DNA of 56,796 nt, taken from positions 1-56,796 of the IMG/VR virus record IMGVR_UViG_3300032225_000823. One strand, 5' to 3'. Of the stretch, positions 9,440 to 17,984 are shown one piece after another. This stretch comes from a virus (Duplodnaviria; Caudoviricetes). A program made the position numbers and the translations under genes. The notes beneath the pieces are model-generated. The model had not been told where the DNA came from. It made no database searches and was given only the letters and a program-made list of their open reading frames with translations. How positions within the stretch are numbered: the first letter of the stretch is position 1; each line of letters starts with the position of its first letter.

Positions 9440-9771
9440 TTGTTCAGCTCTTCTTGCCGTTCATCCCAGTGAATCTTTCGGTGGCAGTTAGCGCACACCA
9501 CGACGCACTTTTTTACTTCTCTATACGCTTGGGCATACAGCCGATTTTGTATGAGTTTACTTACGTGCTTCTTATCTGGGTCGTTGCGGTTAATGTGGTG
9601 AAAGTCAATGCACGCGGGGTGGTTTTCTCCACAGCGTTCACATTTCAACGTTTTTTTGAAATCCCACCATTTCTGCTTCTGCTTTATTTGGTACGCACGA
9701 TTCCGCTCCACGCACTTTTCGCGGTTCTCTTTGTAATATTTTTTACCGTACTTTTCGTAGCTCGTACTCAT
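9436..9771 (-). CDS. HNH endonuclease
   Basis: CERCG...DFHH...CANCHRKIH; adjacent to the terminase genes. Confidence 0.85.
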   Translation of the reverse strand: MSTSYEKYGKKYYKENREKCVERNRAYQIKQKQKWWDFKKTLKCERCGENHPACIDFHHINRNDPDKKHVSKLIQNRLYAQAYREVKKCVVVCANCHRKIHWDERQEELNK

Positions 9772-9779
9772 GGATGCGG

Positions 9780-9807
9780 ATTATAAAGCTTATTTTTTAT
9801 TTTGCAA
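9780..9807 (-). promoter_or_regulatory. Sigma70-like promoter of the packaging/head operon, nearly leaderless
   Basis: Minus strand TTGCAA-N16-TATAAT, 8 nt before the HNH ATG. Confidence 0.55.
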
Positions 9808-9821
9808 TGATATTTTTGATT

Positions 9822-9895
9822 AGGAGGTTGGGACTCCTATAGGGGGGTGTTTTTATATATGGGGGGTGGGATTAGGAGGAGGTTGGGACTCCTAT
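9822..9895. repeat. 19-bp direct repeat with G-tracts
   Basis: AGGAGGTTGGGACTCCTAT at 9822-9840 and 9877-9895. Confidence 0.9.
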
Positions 9896-10002
9896 GGGGG
9901 GGTCTTTTCAAAATGTGGTCTTTGACAGCGCAAATTATTGTGAAAATAGGCCGCCGGTTCCATCGAATCGTTTTTGGGGGGTCGGGGGCCGGTGGGGTCG
10001 AC

Positions 10003-10030
10003 GGTAATGAGAATGACAATCATTTGCATT
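10003..10030. promoter_or_regulatory. Putative overlapping Fur boxes
   Basis: GAGAATGACAATCATTTGC (10009-10027) 15/19 and GGTAATGAGAATGACAATC (10003-10021) 14/19 versus GATAATGATAATCATTATC. Confidence 0.6.
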
Positions 10031-10037
10031 ATTGGGT

Positions 10038-10069
10038 GGAACAAATCGACACCGATGTCGAAGTGTACC
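10038..10069. repeat. 32-bp palindrome copy 1
   Basis: GGAACAAATCGAC-ACCGAT-GTCGAAGTGTACC. Confidence 0.9.
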
Positions 10070-10168
10070 GCGCGACTTGTAACAAAAGATTCACGCTACC
10101 TGTTGTAGGATTCTGTAGGATGACGTTGTGGCGGTCGTCGCCACTCAACACCCATAGGAGGGTACATC

Positions 10169-10792
10169 ATGAGCGCAATCACCAAGTCGTCGGGCCAGCC
10201 CGAATCCATCCTCAACGCCGCAGGCGTTGTCAATCCCTTTGCTGATATCACGGCTAATGCCAAAGTACAGGCGCAGGCGTTCGCAAAGGGCGAAAAGGCC
10301 ATTTACGTAGTCATTGATGACGCAGCGCGCACACTGGGTGACACGCCCACGTATGCGCAGTGGGAAGCCTATCGCGAGGCTTGGATTGCAGAGTCGCCCT
10401 TGGACGACCCGCAGAAGGGTTGGGAACGATTCGCCGATTTGCTGGCGTCGCGCTGCGGGCTGGCTAAACCTAAGGCGAAGGGTAAGGCCGAACGGGTCGC
10501 CAAGGGGCGCGAGGATGATGCAAAGAAGGTAGAGGCGCTCGCAGCGGAGCCGCGCGCAGTACTGGCGCAAAAGGCAAAGGCGCTATTAGAGGCGGGTACT
10601 GCGGAGGCAATCAAAGAGGTTCAGATGTTGCACAAGGCAATTGCATCGCAGGTTAAGGCCGAGACCAAAGAGGCGCAGGAATCATTTGTCGCGCTGCGCA
10701 AAGAGGTACGCGAGGCCGTAGTCGCGCTGCAATGGAACGCCGACAATCGGAAAGTACTTGAGGCCATCAGGGCGATGCTGCCAAAGGCCTGA
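10169..10792 (+). CDS. Early hypothetical protein (Ala/Lys/Glu-rich, helical)
   Basis: 207 aa, AGGAGG RBS, own terminator. Confidence 0.8.
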   Translation: MSAITKSSGQPESILNAAGVVNPFADITANAKVQAQAFAKGEKAIYVVIDDAARTLGDTPTYAQWEAYREAWIAESPLDDPQKGWERFADLLASRCGLAKPKAKGKAERVAKGREDDAKKVEALAAEPRAVLAQKAKALLEAGTAEAIKEVQMLHKAIASQVKAETKEAQESFVALRKEVREAVVALQWNADNRKVLEAIRAMLPKA

Positions 10793-10807
10793 TTCACCCG
10801 CACCACG

Positions 10808-10832
10808 ACCCCCGCTACGGCGGGGGTTTTTT
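10808..10832 (+). terminator. Rho-independent terminator
   Basis: ACCCCCGC-TACG-GCGGGGGT-TTTTT. Confidence 0.85.
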
Positions 10833-10919
10833 ATTGCCCTCGCGCAGTGAGTGACCGGAGGGAACTGGTGAGAAAGACGCCGCAGCCCACGCGCGTACTG
10901 TGCGCTCGAATTCGGTGTT

Positions 10920-10951
10920 GGAACAGAACGACATCGGTGTCGAATTGTTCC
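10920..10951. repeat. 32-bp palindrome copy 2
   Basis: GGAACAGAACGAC-ATCGGT-GTCGAATTGTTCC. Confidence 0.9.
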
Positions 10952-11374
10952 ATTGGATTCTGTAGGATTTCGAATTGTTCCATAAACAGGCCTTTTGTTC
11001 CAAATGTTCCAAGCATTGTTCCAAGTTAAGTCGTTGATTATAAAGGAATGTTCCAATGTTCCACGTTTTTCGGAGAGTATGAGCATATTCTGGAGAAAAT
11101 TATTCTGTCGAAGGTATTTTGCAGGAAATAAAAATTTTCCCGCACGAGGGTACATTTTCGAAAAAACGTGGAACATTGGAACAATACCTCTCTCTCTATC
11201 TATATTTTTTAATAAATAATAATAAAATGAACCACTTACGCGCGCCCCACCATCGACACCCTATTGTTCCATCCCACGTACCCTAATGTTCCCCCTGGAA
11301 CAAATCAAACCATAAACTTAGTGGGATTTTATTTTGTTCCATAGCTACACACATCCCATGGAACAATTGGAACA
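10920..11374. repeat. TGTTCC/GGAACA iteron-like cluster; candidate replication origin
   Basis: 16 hexamer copies counted by eye; 22-bp perfect inverted repeat 11049-11070/11162-11183; AT-only tract about 11201-11228. Confidence 0.6.
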
Positions 11375-11401
11375 ATTAGACTTATAGGACAGCACAACTA
11401 T

Positions 11402-11430
11402 TTGACAAACGCGTGGGAATGTGATACAAT
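11402..11430 (+). promoter_or_regulatory. Strong sigma70-like early promoter
   Basis: TTGACA-N17-TACAAT with TGn extension. Confidence 0.75.
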
Positions 11431-11779
11431 GTCCGAAGGACACGTTGGGAATCGTCCTGTGTTCTACCTTCATCAACCCGCCACCCATGTGGCACAAAAC
11501 GACAGGAGTGTCGAAATGTTCCAGACAGAACAACCCACCGTTGACATCACCAACCACATCCTGCAACTACGCGAGCTAACCACAAAGACCAAGGAGGCCA
11601 ACGAGAAACTAAACCGAGTCCTGCATCTGCTCGACACACGCAAGCAACACATCAACCTATTCCGCAATCTTGCGGTTCAACTGCAACAACACCTTATACA
11701 TCCGCGTGAGCGCAACGTACCAATCCTAATCCGTGCTATCGAACACGCCCTCAACACCACCGAGACCAAGGGAGACTGA
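11402..11779 (+). CDS. Early hypothetical protein (true start probably downstream of the promoter)
   Basis: ORF with coiled-coil C-terminal half, stop coupled to the next gene's RBS. Confidence 0.5.
   Translation: MTNAWECDTMSEGHVGNRPVFYLHQPATHVAQNDRSVEMFQTEQPTVDITNHILQLRELTTKTKEANEKLNRVLHLLDTRKQHINLFRNLAVQLQQHLIHPRERNVPILIRAIEHALNTTETKGD
11491..11522. repeat. 32-bp palindrome copy 3
   Basis: GGCACAAAACGAC-AGGAGT-GTCGAAATGTTCC. Confidence 0.8.
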
Positions 11780-11781
11780 GA

Positions 11782-12132
11782 ATGACCAAGCAAACCAATT
11801 GGGAACAAATCGACACCGAAGTCGAACTGTTCCAACACAACCAATCCCACGCCACCGACGTGCCGCACCACGCATACACACAAGCAATGGCAAGAAGGGC
11901 ACACCGCTACGCGCTTATGACCGCCGCACAACACGTAGGCGAGATTGATTGGAAGTACACCAAGCAAGACTGGACTGTGCTTAAAGCAGGGGACAACGGC
12001 GAGACCATGTTCGTATCCGTTCGCATGGCCATTCCCAAAACCGAATACGAGCGCAGGGTACGCGACTACGAGCGTATGCAGAAGATGCGCAACGCCAAGG
12101 CAGCAAAGCGGGAGGCCAAGGATGGTGACTGA
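11782..12132 (+). CDS. Early hypothetical protein
   Basis: 116 aa, GGGAG RBS. Confidence 0.7.
   Translation: MTKQTNWEQIDTEVELFQHNQSHATDVPHHAYTQAMARRAHRYALMTAAQHVGEIDWKYTKQDWTVLKAGDNGETMFVSVRMAIPKTEYERRVRDYERMQKMRNAKAAKREAKDGD
11802..11833. repeat. 32-bp palindrome copy 4
   Basis: GGAACAAATCGAC-ACCGAA-GTCGAACTGTTCC. Confidence 0.9.
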
Positions 12133-12289
12133 TGACCACAACCACATCAGGAACTTTCACCAACGCAAAGCTGCAATCGCCGACGAGAACAAACGCAAGC
12201 GGTTACTAGCTGAGAACAACCAGACATACATCAAGTATGTGTTAGAGGCCAAGGGGAAAAAACGTGAAACTGTACGACGAGCAGGATGA
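12122..12289 (+). CDS. Small hypothetical protein
   Basis: GGAGG RBS before ATG 12122, 55 aa. Confidence 0.55.
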   Translation: MVTDDHNHIRNFHQRKAAIADENKRKRLLAENNQTYIKYVLEAKGKKRETVRRAG

Positions 12290-12398
12290 GAACAAGCCGA
12301 GCAAGGCAGAGCAACGCCTTGTGTATTTCGTAGCTATCACGGCCATCGTTGTGGTGGTTGTGCAAATCGCCAAAGCGTTTGGCGCATGGGGAGACTGA
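12264..12398 (+). CDS. Small putative membrane protein
   Basis: GTG start, 44 aa with hydrophobic LVYFVAITAIVVVVVQIA; fills the gap between coupled genes. Confidence 0.5.
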   Translation: MKLYDEQDENKPSKAEQRLVYFVAITAIVVVVVQIAKAFGAWGD

Positions 12399-12399
12399 G

Positions 12400-12573
12400 A
12401 TGATTGACGAAGATAACTTCTACACGGGCCTGATGGTTGGTGTGGTGTTTACTGTTCTGGTGATTCTGTCACTTATTAACATCGGTGTTGACTGGCAACT
12501 AAAAGCCTTGGACTGTCACGCGTCTAGCAGCATGGGTGTTGATGCGTACGTCTGCTATCGAGTGGGGGTGTGA
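12400..12573 (+). CDS. Small putative membrane protein
   Basis: GGGAG RBS; hydrophobic LMVGVVFTVLVILSLINI segment. Confidence 0.6.
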   Translation: MIDEDNFYTGLMVGVVFTVLVILSLINIGVDWQLKALDCHASSSMGVDAYVCYRVGV

Positions 12574-12574
12574 G

Positions 12575-12790
12575 ATGGTTGAGAAAGTTTTTAACTACGC
12601 GGAGCTTGCGCTGATTGAAGATTGCCTTGACTCCGAACGACGCAGCAACAGCACGGAACTCAATGGCCTGATGACAGGAACCGCCGAGCATTACGAGAGG
12701 CTGCACCGCATCCGCTGGCTGCAAACCCGAAACAAACTAATCGACAGTTTGCTGAAGAAGATTCGGCAAGACATGATGATGGAGGCATGA
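12575..12790 (+). CDS. Hypothetical protein
   Basis: 71 aa, tightly packed in the early operon. Confidence 0.6.
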   Translation: MVEKVFNYAELALIEDCLDSERRSNSTELNGLMTGTAEHYERLHRIRWLQTRNKLIDSLLKKIRQDMMMEA

Positions 12791-12791
12791 C

Positions 12792-14108
12792 ATGGGATAC
12801 CACAACAGCTACGGCAACCACCCGCTATCTGGAGCTTTCATACCAAATATACGTACATACAACGAGGCATATAAACGGTATCAGGACACCAAGCCTATTC
12901 GTGGCAGCAACCCTGAGATTCGGCCCATCGGTGCGCGTAGATATAAACACTTGGAACTGCGCATGGACAAGGACGAGAACATCGAGTGCGTTCTCTACGG
13001 TTCGGCGTGTGTTACGTTTCACAAGCAGACCGACACCATTCTTCTCAAACACAACGGTTGGATAACCCCAAGTACTGCTGCGTTCATAGACAGGATTCTG
13101 CCGTCGGACTACGGCACGGTGTATATCGACAGAGGCAAGATGATATTCGTCGAGGCTAACGCCCACGCGCGTTCGTCACTAGAGTTTGCACAATACCCTG
13201 TAACCGACAAGTACATCATCGGCTCGACTGACCCGCTGGTTATCAACCTCAACACCCTATCGTCGGTGTTCAACAGCAACCACGGCGGCACACACATTCT
13301 TACCGTGGAAGGTGAGCATTACTGCAACTGGCACATGGACAAGAAGGAATGGCAAAAGGTATGCAAGGAAGTTACACCAACCATCGCGCCGTTCATGGAC
13401 TACTGTCAAACACTTAATGCAATGCGGCAATACGACAACGGCGATATGCGGCGCGTTGGTCTTGAGGTTTTGGGAATACCACCAGACACGCCAACTTCAG
13501 AACTGCCAAACATCGTGCCCGAATTGCGTAAGTTGTTTGAGGGTTCCGACCATCCTTACTGGAGCAGACAGATTACGGAAGATTATTTGGTTGAGCATTT
13601 CATCATGGCAATCTGTCATCGAGCGCACTCAATCAGGATGTCGCAAATCCATAGGGCAAACACGGCGACGCTAAGTTACCTGACCAAGCAACCGTTCAAC
13701 GGACTGCCAGCTATTCTTGAGAATGATTCAGCGCAGCTTGGCATGAACGCGAACAAGCTATTGCAGATGATGCAAGGCAACGACCCGACTGAGTGGCTGA
13801 AGGCGCACATCATTACCATCTTTAGTGGGCCACGTGGTATTGCATATGCATGGCCTGATTTACGCGGTGTAGCACCCGAGCTTGCTAAGTGTCGCAATGA
13901 CAGTATGTATGAATTATTGGAAGAAACGATAAAGATTTGCTACGCCGACAGGATATTCAAGCCCGCCGAGAAAGAGGCTAAGAACTCGCGCAACCAAAAC
14001 TTTATCTTCGTAAACGCCTTCACCGAATATAAGAAGGTACAGAACAAATCGACAGCAATGTCGATGTGTGGCAGCAATGAAGTTAGCAGCAGTGAAGTTA
14101 GCAATTAA
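12792..14108 (+). CDS. Early hypothetical protein
   Basis: 438-aa ORF with GGAGG RBS; precedes the AAA+ gene. Confidence 0.8.
   Translation: MGYHNSYGNHPLSGAFIPNIRTYNEAYKRYQDTKPIRGSNPEIRPIGARRYKHLELRMDKDENIECVLYGSACVTFHKQTDTILLKHNGWITPSTAAFIDRILPSDYGTVYIDRGKMIFVEANAHARSSLEFAQYPVTDKYIIGSTDPLVINLNTLSSVFNSNHGGTHILTVEGEHYCNWHMDKKEWQKVCKEVTPTIAPFMDYCQTLNAMRQYDNGDMRRVGLEVLGIPPDTPTSELPNIVPELRKLFEGSDHPYWSRQITEDYLVEHFIMAICHRAHSIRMSQIHRANTATLSYLTKQPFNGLPAILENDSAQLGMNANKLLQMMQGNDPTEWLKAHIITIFSGPRGIAYAWPDLRGVAPELAKCRNDSMYELLEETIKICYADRIFKPAEKEAKNSRNQNFIFVNAFTEYKKVQNKSTAMSMCGSNEVSSSEVSN
14041..14072. repeat. 32-bp palindrome copy 5
   Basis: AGAACAAATCGAC-AGCAAT-GTCGATGTGTGGC. Confidence 0.8.
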
Positions 14109-14147
14109 TCCAACGTCTTATCTACTATCTATTCAGGAGAACTCGCA

Positions 14148-15212
14148 ATGTCACAAGTCGCAACCAACGGCGCCGTCACTCTCAAAGAAGCGGTTGACCT
14201 TATCTGCGCCAACCCGCGCAATACCTTTCACTTAGTCGGCACGCCGGGTATCGGTAAGACCGCGATGCACAAGGTTATCGCCGAGCGCCTTAACATGAAG
14301 CCTATCTACATGGACGTACCTAACCTAGAGATTGGCGACATCGGCATCCCCATGCCCAACCATCAGACGCGCACCACACAGTTCTACCCCAACGAGTTCT
14401 GGGGATTCCATCTGGACGAGCCGCTTTGCATTTTCCTTGACGAGTTTACCAAGGGCGAGAATGGCGTGAAGAACACCCTGCACCCTGTGCTGACGCACCC
14501 GCGCCGTATCGGTGGGCTAACCATACATCCTGATTCTGTTGTAATTACTGCGGGTAACTTTAGCGGTGATGGTGTTGGCGATGTGATGAAAGCACACAGC
14601 CGCAATCGCTTGACTGAATTGCCAATCAAGAACCCCACTACGCAAGAATGGATTGACGATTGGGCGGTACACAACGACATCGTGCCGGAAGTTATGGCAT
14701 GGGCGCGTGAGACTCCGCAAATCTTCCAAAGCTACAAGGACGCCGCGCAAGCTGACAACCATTACAACTACAACCCCAAGCGTCCGCAAGCTGCGTTCTG
14801 TTCGCCGCGTTCTGTTGCTGGTGCATCGACGATTGTGCGTAACCGTGACAAGTACACGACCAACGCATTGATTACTGCACTAGAGGGAACCATCGGCTAT
14901 TCGGGTGCGCGTGACATGGTGGCCTACATCCAGATGGCAGATGAACTTACACCGTGGGCTGAAGTTATTGCTAACCCCTCGACTGCACCTGTGCCGAAGC
15001 ACGTGTCTGCGCTTTGCATCATGGCGTTCGGTGCGGTTATGCGTATCGACAACAAGAACATCGGCAAATGGTTTGAGTATCTCAAGCGTTGCCCGAAGGA
15101 ACTCCAGTCCATCTTCTGTTTGACTGCAAGCAAGAACCCGCAGAAGAAAGATGTCCTGTTCAGTAGCAGCGCGTTTGTTACGTGGGCGCGTGACAACGCT
15201 TACTTGTTTTGA
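14148..15212 (+). CDS. MoxR-like AAA+ ATPase
   Basis: GTPGIGKT Walker A, IFLDE Walker B, TAGN sensor 1, RNR Arg finger, SPRS sensor 2. Confidence 0.85.
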   Translation: MSQVATNGAVTLKEAVDLICANPRNTFHLVGTPGIGKTAMHKVIAERLNMKPIYMDVPNLEIGDIGIPMPNHQTRTTQFYPNEFWGFHLDEPLCIFLDEFTKGENGVKNTLHPVLTHPRRIGGLTIHPDSVVITAGNFSGDGVGDVMKAHSRNRLTELPIKNPTTQEWIDDWAVHNDIVPEVMAWARETPQIFQSYKDAAQADNHYNYNPKRPQAAFCSPRSVAGASTIVRNRDKYTTNALITALEGTIGYSGARDMVAYIQMADELTPWAEVIANPSTAPVPKHVSALCIMAFGAVMRIDNKNIGKWFEYLKRCPKELQSIFCLTASKNPQKKDVLFSSSAFVTWARDNAYLF

Positions 15213-15220
15213 CCCCCAAC

Positions 15221-15252
15221 GGAACACATCGACATTGGTGTCGATGTGTTCC
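15221..15252. repeat. 32-bp palindrome copy 6 (perfect 14-bp arms)
   Basis: GGAACACATCGACA-TTGG-TGTCGATGTGTTCC. Confidence 0.95.
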
Positions 15253-15271
15253 AACAACAAAGGAAAGAGTG

Positions 15272-15562
15272 ATGAACGAGAAAGAAATGATAGCGGCGAT
15301 GATTGTCGCCGCCAACACAGCAATTAAAAACCTATCTGAGTCTGAGGCCGAAGTCTTAGATGACGCGGGTAACCCTGTGTCTGCACACGTGGTCGCAATA
15401 ATTGCAAGCACAACGCTTGCCGGTATGTACGCAGTACAAGCAGGAATATCTAGAGAGCTATTTGTCAGGGGATTGGCGTCTACTTATGACGCTATCAGAG
15501 ATAGCTACGACGAAGCAGTAGAACTTTTACAAGAACAAGGAGAGACGAAATGGGTGCAGTAA
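15272..15562 (+). CDS. Hypothetical protein
   Basis: AGGA RBS, 96 aa between the AAA+ and vWA genes. Confidence 0.6.
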   Translation: MNEKEMIAAMIVAANTAIKNLSESEAEVLDDAGNPVSAHVVAIIASTTLAGMYAVQAGISRELFVRGLASTYDAIRDSYDEAVELLQEQGETKWVQ

Positions 15563-16848
15563 ATTTTGGTAACAACCTGACCGAAGAGCAGCGCGTCGAG
15601 CGCGTTATCTATAAGGTACTGAGCAGCCATCGCTGGATTCTGTTTTCCGGTTTGCTCATGGTCGGAACTATTGAAGTAGTCGATGACCACCCGACTGCAT
15701 ACACCGATGGCATCAACATCAAGCTGGGCCGTGAGTTTATCCGCGTCCTCAATGACAAGCAGTTGTTGTTTGTGCTTATCCACGAGCTTATGCACATGGC
15801 GTATCGGCACACGATTGTGTGGCGTAGTCTGTACGAGCGTCACCCGCAAGTGGCGAACATGGCTTGTGATTTTGTTATCAATCTGCAAATCGTTGACATG
15901 GACCCGCATGGGAATGAAGTCGAGTTCCCTACTGATGAGAACGGCGAGCTACTCGGTTGCTATGACGAGCAGTATCGGGACATGGACGCCAAGCAAGTGT
16001 TCAACAAAATCTATGAGGACAACGGCCTTGAAGATGGGCAGGGAACTAGCGAGGGATGGGATGTCGTATCACCCGATGGTCAAAATAAACCAAATAGTTT
16101 TGGCGAATTGCTTAAAAAGCAGTTTGACGAGCATGGGTGGGATGAAGCCAAGGCTTTGACGCCAGAACAAGAGGACGAGCTGCGCGAGAAGATTGACGGC
16201 GCATTGCGGCAGGGTGCGCAGTTGGCTGGCAAGCTGAACGGTGATGTGTCGCGTGACATCAAGAAACTTCTCGCACCCAAGGTCAAGTGGGAAGATGTAC
16301 TGCGTGACTTTGTGAAAGCCACGTGCAAGGGCCACGACGATGCAACCTTCAAGCGTTTCCACAAGCGGTTCGTAGGCGTAGACATTTTCCTACCGACTAC
16401 CATCGCGCAAAAAGTTGGAAAAGTTTTGGTTGGTCTCGACACAAGCGGTTCTATTGGTGATACGCTGTTGGGTAGGTTCCTCGGTGAGTTGACTTACATT
16501 GCAGACGAAGTAAAGCCCGACGGAATCATCCTGCTGTATTGGGATACCGAAGTTGCATCGGTGGAACAGTACGGCAAAGAAGATATGCACCAAATCGCAT
16601 CATCTACCAAACCTGCGGGAGGCGGCGGTACTAACCCTGTATGTGTCCCTGTGTGGATGGCAGACGGTGCGAACAAGGATGTAGTCGAGGATGTGGTCGC
16701 AGTTGTGATGCTTACTGACGGCTACTTCTACAACGAGGACGGCGGCTCTGCATTTGAGCAGTTGGGAGTGCCTGTGTTGTGGTGTGTGGTGGGGAACGAA
16801 TCGTTCGTTCCTTCTTATGGTGTTTCCGTTTACGTTGACAAGGAATAA
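15550..16848 (+). CDS. Metallopeptidase-vWA protein (DUF2201-like)
   Basis: TAYTDG, HELMH zincin motif, NMACD; MIDAS DTSGS, GGGT, LTDG. Confidence 0.85.
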   Translation: MGAVNFGNNLTEEQRVERVIYKVLSSHRWILFSGLLMVGTIEVVDDHPTAYTDGINIKLGREFIRVLNDKQLLFVLIHELMHMAYRHTIVWRSLYERHPQVANMACDFVINLQIVDMDPHGNEVEFPTDENGELLGCYDEQYRDMDAKQVFNKIYEDNGLEDGQGTSEGWDVVSPDGQNKPNSFGELLKKQFDEHGWDEAKALTPEQEDELREKIDGALRQGAQLAGKLNGDVSRDIKKLLAPKVKWEDVLRDFVKATCKGHDDATFKRFHKRFVGVDIFLPTTIAQKVGKVLVGLDTSGSIGDTLLGRFLGELTYIADEVKPDGIILLYWDTEVASVEQYGKEDMHQIASSTKPAGGGGTNPVCVPVWMADGANKDVVEDVVAVVMLTDGYFYNEDGGSAFEQLGVPVLWCVVGNESFVPSYGVSVYVDKE

Positions 16849-16852
16849 TGAA

Positions 16853-17068
16853 ATGAGACAAGGCAGACATGATGGCCGCGTGGGCCTGAGCGTATCCCCA
16901 GATGCAGTTGCAGTTCTGGACGAGGTTCGTGGGGAGTTGATGAAGCAGCTAGGGTTTGCGCCGTCTTACGCGCAAGTGGTTCTACACATTTGCCTTGAAT
17001 ACCAAAAGGCTAAGAAGCAAGAACAAATCGACACCAATGTCGATGTGTACCAAGGAGATGACAAATGA
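16853..17068 (+). CDS. Small hypothetical protein, possibly DNA-binding
   Basis: 71 aa; strand-helix-helix-like pattern (RVGLSVSPDAVAVL...PSYAQVV). Confidence 0.55.
   Translation: MRQGRHDGRVGLSVSPDAVAVLDEVRGELMKQLGFAPSYAQVVLHICLEYQKAKKQEQIDTNVDVYQGDDK
17020..17051. repeat. 32-bp palindrome copy 7
   Basis: AGAACAAATCGAC-ACCAAT-GTCGATGTGTACC. Confidence 0.9.
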
Positions 17069-17952
17069 ACACACAGGGATTCGAACCGCAAAGCGAACAC
17101 ATTAGCATTGCTTCGAGCGCGATGTTAATTGAACTGTCCGTCAAGGTATGGGGCGCAAGCAAGACAGACCGCAAGGTTAGCGAGGAAGTTGACATTGCGA
17201 AAAAGACGCAGGCACGAGGCGGTAAGTACGAGAAAGACCTGATGGCTGGCACTCGGTTGTTGCATGATATTACTAAGTGCGCGGCGCGTATCCGTAGCTG
17301 GAACGTACAAGTAACCCTACCGTGGAATGACCAAGGCCTGCGATTGCTTCCGTCGTCCAAGTTTTTTGATTACATGGCGCAGCTAGACAAGCACCGCACC
17401 GAATATGAGGGCATGGTAGATGATTTCCTCAATCGGTACGACGAGATGGTGTCTGCTGCTGCGATGAACCTTGGCGAGATGTTTGACCGCAGCGAGTACC
17501 CAAGCGCGGAGGAAGTCAAGAAGAAGTTTGCGTTCGCGTTTGCTATTTCTCCAGTACCAGTCTCGGGTGATTTCCGCGTAGACATTGGCACTAAGGCAAA
17601 CGAAGAACTTGTCAAGCAGTTTCAGGAAGCGTTCGACTCTCGCATCAGTGAGGCTATGTCGGAGTGTTGGCAACGACTGCACAACTGCCTCACGCATTTG
17701 AGTGACCGACTCCAAGTTTCGGATACTGGAACGAAGACGGTGTTTCGGGATTCGCTTATGAGCAATGCGCAAGAACTGTGTGACCTACTCAAGCACATGA
17801 ACTTGACCGGCGACCCGAAACTTGAAGCCGCACGTAGGGAACTTGCTGACGCAATCTTTGGCTTGGACTCGCAGGATATGCGACATGACACCGATATGCG
17901 TACCGAAGTTAAGTCCAAGGTGGACGAGATTCTTTCAAAGTTTCAATTCTGA
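17065..17952 (+). CDS. Hypothetical helical protein (DUF3150-like)
   Basis: 295 aa; TLPW..G.RLLP and FDRSEYP motifs; neighbour of the AAA/vWA pair; AGGAG RBS. Confidence 0.65.
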   Translation: MNTQGFEPQSEHISIASSAMLIELSVKVWGASKTDRKVSEEVDIAKKTQARGGKYEKDLMAGTRLLHDITKCAARIRSWNVQVTLPWNDQGLRLLPSSKFFDYMAQLDKHRTEYEGMVDDFLNRYDEMVSAAAMNLGEMFDRSEYPSAEEVKKKFAFAFAISPVPVSGDFRVDIGTKANEELVKQFQEAFDSRISEAMSECWQRLHNCLTHLSDRLQVSDTGTKTVFRDSLMSNAQELCDLLKHMNLTGDPKLEAARRELADAIFGLDSQDMRHDTDMRTEVKSKVDEILSKFQF

Positions 17953-17984
17953 AGTAAACATTTACCAACAACGGAGAAGTGAAA

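Noticed and set aside
11049-11183. parS site (TGTTCCACGT and ACGTGGAACA halves)
   Set aside because: The two halves are about 100 bp apart rather than a contiguous 16-bp palindrome, and no ParA/ParB gene is visible
10682-11219. ORFs across the iteron cluster
   Set aside because: Translations simply mirror the TGTTCC repeats; no convincing RBS; better explained as non-coding
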